Shown: positions 26,015 to 35,133 of the stretch, piece after piece | How positions within the stretch are numbered: the stretch's first letter is position 1 | Layout of the letters: each line of letters opens with the position of its first letter | Source of the DNA: Peptococcia bacterium | GTDB lineage: Bacteria; Bacillota; Peptococcia; DRI-13; DTU073 | NCBI GenBank assembly: GCA_050951565.1 | Contig: JBMNJH010000007.1 | Span: forward strand, 14,515-78,514 | Direction: 5' to 3' | DNA: 64,000 nt | Translations under genes and position numbers: made by a program | Notes under the pieces: model-generated | What the model was told of the DNA's origin: nothing | Seen by the model: the letters and a program-made list of their open reading frames with translations, nothing else | The model's database searches: none

Positions 26015-26959
26015 TTACCTTTCTTCCCGGAAATAAGGAATCCCCAGCCCCTTAGGCGGTGCATTTTCCTTGGACTTGCGGAAAGAAACCACCACGAGAA
26101 TAAGAATGGTCACTAAATAAGGCAACATATCAATCATGTACTGGGAAACCGGGAAACCGGTGCCTTGAATGCGAAAACCGATAATATCCAGTCCCCCGAA
26201 AAGGTACGAACCTACCAAGGCTCGGTATGGGTTCCAGGTGGCGAAAATCACCAGAGCCACCGCAATCCAGCCCCGTCCGGCGGTGACGTTTTCTTGCCAG
26301 GCCGGAATATACACCAGGGACAGGTAAGCTCCACCCAGCCCGCAGAGGGCCCCGCCTAATAGAATATGCACATACTTGTACAACGAAACATTGATACTGG
26401 CCGCATCGGCTGCCGCTGCGTTTTCTCCTACGGCTCGCAAATTCAAGCCCAGTCGCGTCCGATACAAATAAAGGCCCGCCACGATTGCCGTCACATAACC
26501 CAGGTATACCAGGGGATCCTGTTGAAAAAAGATCGGCCCCAGATACGGAATATCGCCTAAGACCGGGAGGGAAACAGGCTTGAAAACCAGTTTCACCGCT
26601 TCCGGAACCACTTCTCCCATCATTCTTTGCCCGAGGAAGCCGGACAGCCCGGTTCCGAAAATCGTCAAGGTCAAGCCGGTAACCACCTGATTCGCCCTTA
26701 AGCTAACCGTTAAGACGGCATAAATCAAAGCCCCTGCCGCGCCGGCCAGCATGGCCGCAAACAAGGCATACCAGGCATTCTGGGTAAAAAGGCTTACGGC
26801 AAAGCCGCTGACCGCGCCCATCAGCATCATCCCTTCCACACCCAGGTTCAGGTTCCCGGCGCGTTCCGTAATAATCTCGCCCAAAGTGGCAAACAGCAAG
26901 GGAGTCCCGGAAACAAGCGCGGCTTGGAGAAAGAAGACAATAGCCATGGTCGTAGTCAT
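26015..26959 (-). CDS. ABC transporter permease (BMP/nucleoside-type, YufQ/NupQ-like)
   Basis: 314-aa polytopic protein. It is the fourth gene of a BMP-ATPase-permease-permease operon and overlaps the upstream permease by 4 nt. Confidence 0.8.
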   Translation of the reverse strand: MTTTMAIVFFLQAALVSGTPLLFATLGEIITERAGNLNLGVEGMMLMGAVSGFAVSLFTQNAWYALFAAMLAGAAGALIYAVLTVSLRANQVVTGLTLTIFGTGLSGFLGQRMMGEVVPEAVKLVFKPVSLPVLGDIPYLGPIFFQQDPLVYLGYVTAIVAGLYLYRTRLGLNLRAVGENAAAADAASINVSLYKYVHILLGGALCGLGGAYLSLVYIPAWQENVTAGRGWIAVALVIFATWNPYRALVGSYLFGGLDIIGFRIQGTGFPVSQYMIDMLPYLVTILILVVVSFRKSKENAPPKGLGIPYFREER

Positions 26960-28038
26960 TTGTTCATCTCCTCCTCAAGACCGCCCAGGGGTGCTCTGTC
27001 CAACACAAAGCGGTAACGGATAAAAAACTCGCTGCCCAGCACAAAAAACAAAATCATCCCCTGCAAAAGCTCGGCCGCCGCCTGGGGAATCCCGAAAGCG
27101 GTCTGAATGTAGGAAGCGCCTTGCACCAAGGCCGCGAATAACACCGAAACCAGTAAAATCACCACAGGCTTTAACGCCGCCAGCCAGGTGGTGATAATCG
27201 CGGTAAAGCCGATGCCCTCCGATACTTCAATGGAAAGCGTATTATTCAGAGCTGAGGCCTGGATCATCCCCACCAGACCGCACAAGGCCCCGCTCCAAAA
27301 GACGGCCGTGATAATGGTGCGTTTCACATTAATCCCAGCGTACAGCGCCGTTTGCTCGCTTTCCCCTAACACGGCAATTTCATAACCTTTTTTGGAATGA
27401 TTTAAAAACACCGCTACCAAAAAAACCAAAATCAGTGCGAAAATCCAGCCGATATGCACTCCAAAAACCTTCGGCAGAATGGCATTGGCGGTAAAATTCG
27501 GTATTTTGGGAAAGCCCAGTGCTGTCGGGTCCTTCCACGGCCCAAATTGAAGGTACATGACCCATTTCAGCGCAATATAATTCATCATTAAGGTGATAAT
27601 CGTCTCATTGGTTTTCCACTGCGCCTTAAAAAAGGCCGGAATCATCGCCCACAAACCACCGCCGATCATCGCGGCGATAATCATGGTGGACAAAAGGAAA
27701 AACGCCGGCAGGTCCGGAAAGTGCAAAGCGAAATAAGTAGCGGCAAAAGCCCCCATCAGGATTTGCCCTTCCCCGCCGATGTTCCAGAATTGCATCCGAA
27801 AGGCAATGGCGATCCCTAAAGAAGCAATAGTTAACGAGGTCGCCTCAATCACTACTTCCCGGATACGGTAGGCGGAGCCAAAAGCCCCCTTCAACATCCC
27901 CCCATATACGGCTAAGGGATTAAGATCCATGGCAAAGATCAGCAAAGCGGCAGTCAGTAGCGCCAGGATAACCGCCAGAATTCTGATTCCGATCTGTTTC
28001 GTTTTGGTCATTTCAGCTTTTTTAACGATCCTAAGCAC
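26956..28038 (-). CDS. ABC transporter permease (YufP/NupP-like)
   Basis: 360-aa polytopic protein that overlaps the ATPase gene. Confidence 0.8.
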   Translation of the reverse strand: MLRIVKKAEMTKTKQIGIRILAVILALLTAALLIFAMDLNPLAVYGGMLKGAFGSAYRIREVVIEATSLTIASLGIAIAFRMQFWNIGGEGQILMGAFAATYFALHFPDLPAFFLLSTMIIAAMIGGGLWAMIPAFFKAQWKTNETIITLMMNYIALKWVMYLQFGPWKDPTALGFPKIPNFTANAILPKVFGVHIGWIFALILVFLVAVFLNHSKKGYEIAVLGESEQTALYAGINVKRTIITAVFWSGALCGLVGMIQASALNNTLSIEVSEGIGFTAIITTWLAALKPVVILLVSVLFAALVQGASYIQTAFGIPQAAAELLQGMILFFVLGSEFFIRYRFVLDRAPLGGLEEEMNK

Positions 28039-29551
28039 CTTCGGCTTCCTCCAGTTTCCCTTTTCCTCCGGTCATCAATAAACCCAGTTCTTCTTTCGTG
28101 GTCTTTGCGGCCGGTAAAATCCCGTTTACCCGGCCGCTGTAAAGGACCAGAATCCGGTCACACAACTCCAGCAGCACATCCAAGTCCTCACCGATATATA
28201 AAATGGCGACGCCTTTTTTCTTTTCCTCATTCAGTAATTCATAAATTTTGTAGCTGACGTTGATGTCCAACCCCCGCACCGGATAAGCGGTAATCAGCAA
28301 ATCCGGCCGCGATTCCAGTTCCCGGCCCACCAAAACCTTCTGGATATTTCCTCCCGACAACTCCTTAATGGGATGAAAGACACTGGGAGTGCTGATATCC
28401 AGCTTTTCCACAATCCTTTTGGCCTTGGTCACAGCCGGCTTCCGGTTAATCAACGGTCCCTTTTGATTTTGATAGTCCTTCAGAATCATATTATCAACAA
28501 GATCCATGGAGGCAACCAGCCCCATCCCCAAACGGTCTTCCGGGATAAAGCTCATACTGATGCCGCGGGTGATAATCTGTCGCGGCGAAAGACCCACGAT
28601 GCTCTCCTGCTTAAAGATAATGGTCCCTTCTTTAATGGGCTGCAAGCCGGCAATCGCCTCACACAATTCCTTCTGCCCGCTGCCGGCCACCCCCGCCACA
28701 CCGAGGATTTCGCCCTCCGCCAAATCAAAACTGACTTTTTTCAATACTTCCACCTGTTCCTCGTTTTCCACCGTCAGCTGATCAACCTGCAAGATCACCC
28801 GCCCGCGGGGATGGTCCGGCCGCTTGATCGCCAAATCAACCGGATGCCCCACCATTAATTCGGCTAACTCCCGCGTGTCGGTCTCGGCGGTGTTTACGGT
28901 TTTTACCGTCTCCCCCTTGCGCAGAACGGTAATCCGGTCGGAAACTTCCAATACCTCGTTCATCTTATGGGTAATAAAGATGACCGCACAACCTTCTTCC
29001 TTCATTTTACCCATAATGCGGAAAAGCTTTCTGGTTTCCTGCGGAGTTAAAACGGCGGTAGGCTCGTCCAGAATTAAAATCCGTGCTCCGCGGAAGAGTA
29101 CTTTCAGGATCTCTAAGGTTTGTTTTTCTCCCACCGACATATCATAAACCTTTTTATCAAGGTTAATATCCAGTTGAAAGCGCGCCGAAAACTCGGCGAT
29201 TTTTTGCGTCAGTTTTTCAGTATTAATAAAGAAAGTGCCCTTTTGCCCCAGCAAAATATTCTCCCTGGCCGTCATAACATCGACCAGTTTAAAATGCTGG
29301 TGGATCATCCCGATGCCTAGATCAATGGCGACCCGCGGCGAATTAAGCCGCACCGGTTTTCCATTGATAAAAATAGAACCGCTGTCAGGGGTATAAATCC
29401 CTGACAGCATATTGACCAGCGTACTTTTCCCGGCGCCATTCTCTCCTAACAGGGCATGAATTTCGCCGGTTTTCACCTGAAACCTGATATTTTTATTGGC
29501 CACCACCTGGCCGAAGGTTTTCGTAATCCCTTCCATCGAAATTAGATTCAT
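28031..29551 (-). CDS. ABC transporter ATP-binding protein with duplicated ATPase domains (YufO/NupO-like)
   Basis: 506 aa. First Walker A GENGAGKST. First signature VGEKQTLEIL with Walker B ILILDEPT. Second domain has GVAGSGQKE and LSGGNIQKV. Confidence 0.9.
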   Translation of the reverse strand: MNLISMEGITKTFGQVVANKNIRFQVKTGEIHALLGENGAGKSTLVNMLSGIYTPDSGSIFINGKPVRLNSPRVAIDLGIGMIHQHFKLVDVMTARENILLGQKGTFFINTEKLTQKIAEFSARFQLDINLDKKVYDMSVGEKQTLEILKVLFRGARILILDEPTAVLTPQETRKLFRIMGKMKEEGCAVIFITHKMNEVLEVSDRITVLRKGETVKTVNTAETDTRELAELMVGHPVDLAIKRPDHPRGRVILQVDQLTVENEEQVEVLKKVSFDLAEGEILGVAGVAGSGQKELCEAIAGLQPIKEGTIIFKQESIVGLSPRQIITRGISMSFIPEDRLGMGLVASMDLVDNMILKDYQNQKGPLINRKPAVTKAKRIVEKLDISTPSVFHPIKELSGGNIQKVLVGRELESRPDLLITAYPVRGLDINVSYKIYELLNEEKKKGVAILYIGEDLDVLLELCDRILVLYSGRVNGILPAAKTTKEELGLLMTGGKGKLEEAEGA

Positions 29552-29597
29552 GGGTTCTTCCTCACCGTCGTCCTTGATTCCAAGACTTGTTTATTGT

Positions 29598-30704
29598 TTA
29601 TAATTCTACCTTACCTATTACTCCTTCGACCAACCAGTCAATGCTGGTTAATTGTTCATCGGTTAAAGTTACTCCCTCCGGAACTTTTAGTTGCCCGGTG
29701 TTATCTTTGAGAGGTCCGGTAAAGATTTTGTTCTCGCCGGATAAAATTGCCGCTTGGGCCTTATCCACAGCCTCCTGAGCTCCTTCCGGCGCATTTTCCG
29801 TCAGCGGGGAAAGATTGACGATGCCGTCTTCCATGCCGCCCCAGTAGTTTTCCGCTTTCCAGCTATCGTCCATCACTGCTTTGATCTGGTCCACGTAATA
29901 GGGCCCCCAGTTCCAGACCGGCGCCGTCATATGGGCTTTCGGAGCAACCGAGGTCATATCCATGTTATAGCCAATTGACCAAACACCGCTTTCCTCGGCG
30001 GCCACCTGCGGTCCCGGAGCATCCTGGTGCTGGGCGATCACGTCACAACCTTCATCAAGCAAAGCCTTGGCCGCTTCTTTCGCTTTCGGCGCATCCACCC
30101 AGGTATGGGTCCATTTTACCGCAACGGTAGCATCGGGATTAACGGAACGAACGCCCAGGGTAAAGGCATTGATTCCCCGCACTACTTCGGGAATCCCGAA
30201 AGCAGCCACATAACCAATTTTATTGGTCTTGGTTTTCATACCGGCAACAATCCCGGATAAATAACGGGGTTGATAGATTCTCCCGAAATACACGCCCAGG
30301 TTGTCCGCCATTTTATAACCGGAGCAATGCAGGAATTTTACGTCGGGATGATTCTGCGCCGCCTGCACCACATAATCCATATAGCCAAAGCTGGTGGCAA
30401 AAATGATATTGCAACCCTGGTCCACCATGTCATTGATTATCTTTATACAATCCGGCCCTTCCGGCACCGATTCCTTTACAACCGTCTCCACCCCAAGTTG
30501 TTCCTCCAGGTATTGACGACCTTTGTCGTGGGCTTCGGACCAACCCCCGTCACTGGCGGAACCTATGTAAATAAAACCTACTTTGACCGCCGGTTTTTCA
30601 TTTTCTTGCGGTTCCTCCGTATCCGGTGTCCCGGCCCCGCAACCAGTAGCAACTAAGGCAAAAACCAGCAGCAGACTTAAAAATACAGCCAACTTTCTTT
30701 TCAT
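29598..30704 (-). CDS. BMP-family (Med/PnrA/NupN-like) substrate-binding lipoprotein
   Basis: Signal peptide with the lipobox LVATGC. BMP family core (KVGFIYIGSASDGGWSEAH..., GYVAAFGIPEVVRGINAF). Confidence 0.85.
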   Translation of the reverse strand: MKRKLAVFLSLLLVFALVATGCGAGTPDTEEPQENEKPAVKVGFIYIGSASDGGWSEAHDKGRQYLEEQLGVETVVKESVPEGPDCIKIINDMVDQGCNIIFATSFGYMDYVVQAAQNHPDVKFLHCSGYKMADNLGVYFGRIYQPRYLSGIVAGMKTKTNKIGYVAAFGIPEVVRGINAFTLGVRSVNPDATVAVKWTHTWVDAPKAKEAAKALLDEGCDVIAQHQDAPGPQVAAEESGVWSIGYNMDMTSVAPKAHMTAPVWNWGPYYVDQIKAVMDDSWKAENYWGGMEDGIVNLSPLTENAPEGAQEAVDKAQAAILSGENKIFTGPLKDNTGQLKVPEGVTLTDEQLTSIDWLVEGVIGKVEL

Positions 30705-30775
30705 TGTTTTCTTTGCCTCCCTCTGTTTTTTTATATTTTGTTGTTATAAAAAGCCAATATTCAGCCAACGGCTTT

Positions 30776-30804
30776 ATCATATAATAAATGATGATCTTTC
30801 GCAA
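30776..30804 (-). promoter_or_regulatory. Candidate sigma-A promoter of the BMP/ABC operon
   Basis: TTGCGA (30804-30799), a 17-nt spacer, then TATGAT (30781-30776). Confidence 0.3.
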
Positions 30805-30832
30805 GCCGGAAAAACTTTTCACAAAAGAGGCC

Positions 30833-31741
30833 TTATTCCGGCGCGGTATAGCCGAACTCCCGCAAATTACGGGGGCTGTTCCGCCAATCAGCTTTCACTT
30901 TAACCCACAGCTCCAGGAAAGCTTTCGTTCCCAGCAGCTTTTCTATCTCCTGTCGTGCTTGGGTGCCGATCTCTTTTAACCTTTCCCCTTGCTTCCCGAT
31001 CAGAATCGCCTTCTGGGAGGCATGTTCCACAAAGATGGTCGCCCCAATGTAAAACAGGTCTTCCGCACGCTCCTCCATCAGCTCTACCAATACTGCCACG
31101 GAATGGGGAATCTCCTGATGGGTAGCCAGGATGATTTTCTCCCGGATTAATTCGGCTAAAATAACCCGCTCCGGTTGATCCGTCAGCGCATCGGAGGGAT
31201 AATACTGCGGCCCTTCTTCCAAATAGGGCAAGGTGACCTCAAGCAAGCGGTCCAGGTTTTCACCGGTTAAGGCGGAAAGCGGGACAATCTCCGCCCATTC
31301 CCTTTTCTTGCGGTAAAAATCAATGAGCGGCAAAAGCTCCGGCTTCTTCAGCCGGTCGATCTTATTAAGCAGTAAAAAGACCGGTTTTTGGACATGCTCC
31401 AATTTCTCCAAAATGAACGCTTCTCCCCCGCCAAAAGGCACTGCAGCATCTACCAGATAATAGATTAAGTCAACCTCCCGCAAAGTATGCAAGGCCGTTT
31501 CCACCATGACCTGCCCTAATTTATCCAACGGCTTGTGAATCCCCGGAGTATCCAGAAAAATCAACTGGTGCTGCGGTTTGGTCAAGACCCCCACAATTTT
31601 ATTACGGGTCGTCTGCGGTTTAGCGGAGATAATGGCCACCTTCTGCCCGAGCAGGGTATTCAGGAGGGTGGATTTTCCCGCATTCGGCCGCCCGATTAAA
31701 GCGATAAAACCGGATTTGAATGGCTCATCAGTCCTCACCAT
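30833..31741 (-). CDS. era: GTPase Era
   Basis: GRPNAGKST (G1), DTPG (G3), NKID (G4) and a C-terminal KH domain. Confidence 0.95.
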   Translation of the reverse strand: MVRTDEPFKSGFIALIGRPNAGKSTLLNTLLGQKVAIISAKPQTTRNKIVGVLTKPQHQLIFLDTPGIHKPLDKLGQVMVETALHTLREVDLIYYLVDAAVPFGGGEAFILEKLEHVQKPVFLLLNKIDRLKKPELLPLIDFYRKKREWAEIVPLSALTGENLDRLLEVTLPYLEEGPQYYPSDALTDQPERVILAELIREKIILATHQEIPHSVAVLVELMEERAEDLFYIGATIFVEHASQKAILIGKQGERLKEIGTQARQEIEKLLGTKAFLELWVKVKADWRNSPRNLREFGYTAPE

Positions 31742-31742
31742 T

Positions 31743-32168
31743 CTATCCCTTATCCTCCATTAATTTGTCCGGCCCAAAAGCGTATGGCAATAGATCCTTT
31801 ACCTTCAGACAGCTTATTTTGCCCTGCAGGTTGCCCATGAAAAGCGGCATTTCCGGCGCAAATTCCGCTAATACCTGACGACAAGCCCCGCAAGGCGGCA
31901 CCGGCTCGTCCAAAGCGGCCACTACCGCCATCGCCCGGAAGGAACGGGCGCCATTTAATACAGCCTGAAAGACAGCTACCCTTTCGGCGCAAACAGCTAA
32001 TCCATAGGAGGCATTTTCCACATTGCAACCGGTATAAATCTTCCCGTCATCGGCAAGAAGCGCCGCGCCCACTTGAAAACGGGAATAAGGGGCATAAGCA
32101 TTCTCCCGTGCCTTCAGGGCTGCTTCCAGCAATTCTGCTTTTTTCTCCCCACAAAGCTCCTCATCCAT
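31743..32168 (-). CDS. cdd: Cytidine deaminase
   Basis: CAERVAVFQAV and PCGACRQVLAEF are the zinc-binding motifs. It lies directly upstream of era, as in Bacillus. Confidence 0.9.
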   Translation of the reverse strand: MDEELCGEKKAELLEAALKARENAYAPYSRFQVGAALLADDGKIYTGCNVENASYGLAVCAERVAVFQAVLNGARSFRAMAVVAALDEPVPPCGACRQVLAEFAPEMPLFMGNLQGKISCLKVKDLLPYAFGPDKLMEDKG

Positions 32169-32249
32169 CTTTTTTCCTCCTGCTTAATTTATAACCTGGC
32201 TAACGGGTGTCGATCGATCTATGTATACCCCCACGATTGATGGAGCACC

Positions 32250-33320
32250 TCAGTATTCCACCTTAACTCCTTTGGGCACGATCACGAGCCACGTAGGACC
32301 TTCCAGCAAAGACACCTCTTTCCCGTTGCGGTCGGTAAATTTGGTGAGTTCCCCGGCCGTTTTCTGCCACCGCCCTTTCAGCACCTTTCCCCCACGGAAA
32401 ATCAGGGCATCGCCTTCTCCTGTCAAAGCAATCTTTAACCGTCCGTCCCCATCGATCACGCGGGAATCGGCAAACTGGATCAGCACATTGGCCACCAATA
32501 GCTGTTCCCCTTCCGCGTTCAGATGGGGCTGGTCCTGGTCGGTAATGTACCGGGCGAAAACCCCCTTCTTCTGGTCAAAGGCAAAACGGACCATCGAACT
32601 TTTCTGCGGGAACATAATGTGCACGTTTTCCACCGGCTCCCCTTCGATTTCCGCGTCGGCCGCCAAAAGCTTCCGCTGGGGCGGCAGCGTGGTGGTGTTC
32701 ATCTGCAGTTTTTTCGCCGTCCGCCGAAGGGTGTCGGTGCTGGTATAAAGATTATGCGGTTTGGAGCGGTCCGGAGCCCGCCAGAAAGCCCCGGCCACTT
32801 GCCCCCCGCCGGTTATTTCATCAAGGTGTTCAAGCTTGCGCGCCGCCAGTTGCTGTAAGGAATCGGGCGACCCGCCGGCATGGACCAAAATGGCCTTATA
32901 TTCTTCCGCCAGGTCAACGAAATAGGACCGGGCGCTCCGCACAGGGCCGACTAAATCCAGATTATCACAGCAAATCAACGCAAGAAAGCGGGTTATGCCC
33001 CCCTCCACGGGGACTTCCACCACCACATCGGCATCTTCCAGCCCGGTTTGGGGTCGGGCGGCCTTGACATTATCAATCACCACGGCCAATGCCCTTCCCC
33101 TTGCTTTATCCTTCCAGCCGGCAAAATAATAGCCCGGGGCGTCTTCGGCCGGATCTTCCACCACTTCCTCCTCCTGTTCCTGCTCCGGCACTTCGTTATT
33201 GACGGCTGATTTGAAAAAGTACGGATGCGCCAGATAATAAGCTCCCGCGCCCAAAGCGATGCTCAAAAAAAACGCTGCCAAGCCGCCAACTGCCAGTTTC
33301 CACTTCTTGATCATTGCCAT
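32250..33320 (-). CDS. DUF3048 (YerB-like) membrane-anchored protein
   Basis: N-terminal TM anchor. ALAVVIDNVKAARPQTGLEDADVVVEVPVEGGITRFLAL and RSARSYFVDLAEEY match the DUF3048 pattern. Confidence 0.6.
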   Translation of the reverse strand: MAMIKKWKLAVGGLAAFFLSIALGAGAYYLAHPYFFKSAVNNEVPEQEQEEEVVEDPAEDAPGYYFAGWKDKARGRALAVVIDNVKAARPQTGLEDADVVVEVPVEGGITRFLALICCDNLDLVGPVRSARSYFVDLAEEYKAILVHAGGSPDSLQQLAARKLEHLDEITGGGQVAGAFWRAPDRSKPHNLYTSTDTLRRTAKKLQMNTTTLPPQRKLLAADAEIEGEPVENVHIMFPQKSSMVRFAFDQKKGVFARYITDQDQPHLNAEGEQLLVANVLIQFADSRVIDGDGRLKIALTGEGDALIFRGGKVLKGRWQKTAGELTKFTDRNGKEVSLLEGPTWLVIVPKGVKVEY

Positions 33321-33341
33321 TGCTCCTTTAATTATGCTATT

Positions 33342-34622
33342 TTACTCCTCGTTCCGATTCGTTTTCTCCTCATTTTTCTTCCAAAGCTGCAACTTCCCAA
33401 TCCGTTGCCCGGTGATCTTCTCGATTTTCACATGAAGCTCCCCGATATCAAACTCTTGTCCTTGATTAGGTAATGTACCCAAATTGTGAAAAACCCAACC
33501 GCTAATGGTTTCAAATTCATCTTCCGGCAAACTCGTATTCAGTAAATTATTAATCTCGGAAATGGGCGTGCGCGCATCGACGATTAACGAACCGTCGCTT
33601 TGGACTTCCACTTCCCTTTCCTCCTGGTCATATTCATCCTGGATCTCCCCGACGATCTCCTCAATCACATCCTCAATGGTGATTAACCCGGCCGTCCCCC
33701 CGTACTCGTCCAGCACAATGGCCATGTGCACTTTTTCCTTGCGTAATTCAGCAAACAAATCCCGGACCTTTTTGCTCTCAGGAACATAATATGCCTGCCT
33801 CATCAAATCCTCCAGCCTGGTCTCGGCAGCATTCCGCTCCGCAAAAACCCGCAATATGTCCTTGGCATAAATCAGGCCAATAATATTGTCTACGGTTTCA
33901 TCAAAAACCGGAAGCCGGGAATGTCCTTTTTCTACAATTAGTTTAATCACCTTTTCTAATGGCTCGGTGATATTCACCGCCACAATATCAATACGCGGCA
34001 CCATTACTTCCCGCACCAGGGTATCGTCAAATTCAAAAATGCTGTCAATCATCTCCCGTTCGTCTTCATCGATAAATCCTTCTTCTTCCCCTACATTAAC
34101 CAGCATCCGCAGTTCCTCTTCCGTAATCAAATGATCCTTCTTGACCGGACCGCTGATTAACCTGACTAAAAGATTAGTAAAGCTGTTAAACACATAAATA
34201 ACGGGAGAAAGCAACTTTCCTAAACCATGCAGAATGCCGCTAATCCGGATGGCAAAGCCCTCCGGTCGCTGTGACACCAAAGTCTTGGGCGTGATTTCCC
34301 CGAAAAGAAGAATCAGGACGGACATGATTCCGGTGGCAATTCCCGCACCCGTTGAACCGACGATGCTAATCGCTAAAGACGTGGCCAGCGCCGTGGCGCC
34401 GATATTGACCACATTGTTACCAATCAAAATGGTCGAGATGACCTTACCGGGCTGCTCCATTAACCGCTTCAATAGGGCAGCCTGTTTATTCCCTTCTTCG
34501 ATCAGGTGCCGGATTTTCACTTTATTGGCGGAAAAAACTGCTGTTTCGGAAGCAGAGAAAAAAGCCGACAAACACAGCAAAAGCCCTAAAATCAATAACT
34601 GAATCGCGTGGACCTCTGACAA
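33342..34622 (-). CDS. CNNM/HlyC-CorC family transporter (DUF21 plus CBS pair plus CorC_HlyC domain)
   Basis: 426 aa. Four-TM DUF21 N-terminus (SASETA...), a CBS pair and a C-terminal transporter-associated domain. Confidence 0.85.
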   Translation of the reverse strand: MSEVHAIQLLILGLLLCLSAFFSASETAVFSANKVKIRHLIEEGNKQAALLKRLMEQPGKVISTILIGNNVVNIGATALATSLAISIVGSTGAGIATGIMSVLILLFGEITPKTLVSQRPEGFAIRISGILHGLGKLLSPVIYVFNSFTNLLVRLISGPVKKDHLITEEELRMLVNVGEEEGFIDEDEREMIDSIFEFDDTLVREVMVPRIDIVAVNITEPLEKVIKLIVEKGHSRLPVFDETVDNIIGLIYAKDILRVFAERNAAETRLEDLMRQAYYVPESKKVRDLFAELRKEKVHMAIVLDEYGGTAGLITIEDVIEEIVGEIQDEYDQEEREVEVQSDGSLIVDARTPISEINNLLNTSLPEDEFETISGWVFHNLGTLPNQGQEFDIGELHVKIEKITGQRIGKLQLWKKNEEKTNRNEE

Positions 34623-34653
34623 AATAATTAAATTCCCTCCTAAACAAAATCAC

Positions 34654-35133
34654 TTAATTCTCGCGGCCATAAGCAACCGCTTCAAGAATCTCTTCTTCGA
34701 TTTGACGCATTTGGCGCCTTTCCTCATCCTCCTGGTGATCATAACCCAACAGGTGCAGCATGCCATGCACAAAAAGAAAAGCCATTTCCCTTTCCACGCT
34801 ATGCCCATACTCCTCCGCCTGCGCGATGGTGCGCTCCAGGGAAATGACGATTTCCCCCAGAAGGTGGATTTCCTGTTCGCTCATGGATACTGCCGCTTCC
34901 CCTTCGGTCGCCTCGTCAAAAGCAAAGGATAATACATCGGTGGGTCGGTCGATCCCCCGGTAGGATTTATTTAGTTCCTGAATCGTTTCGTCATTGACCA
35001 AGGTAACACTTACTTCGGTCTTTTCATTCAAGCCAAACCGCCGGCTAATTCCCTCCCCCACCCGGCAAATCACCGTTTCCATGGTTGGAGTTATTGTGAC
35101 GCTCTCCGGTTGGCTCCCCACTAGAATCCTCAC
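34654..35133 (-). CDS. ybeY: rRNA maturation endoribonuclease YbeY
   Basis: YRGIDRPTDVLSF and the HGMLHLLGYDH zinc motif. GTG 35133 lies 10 nt after GGGAGGC. An alternative start is ATG 35082. Confidence 0.9.
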   Translation of the reverse strand: MRILVGSQPESVTITPTMETVICRVGEGISRRFGLNEKTEVSVTLVNDETIQELNKSYRGIDRPTDVLSFAFDEATEGEAAVSMSEQEIHLLGEIVISLERTIAQAEEYGHSVEREMAFLFVHGMLHLLGYDHQEDEERRQMRQIEEEILEAVAYGREN

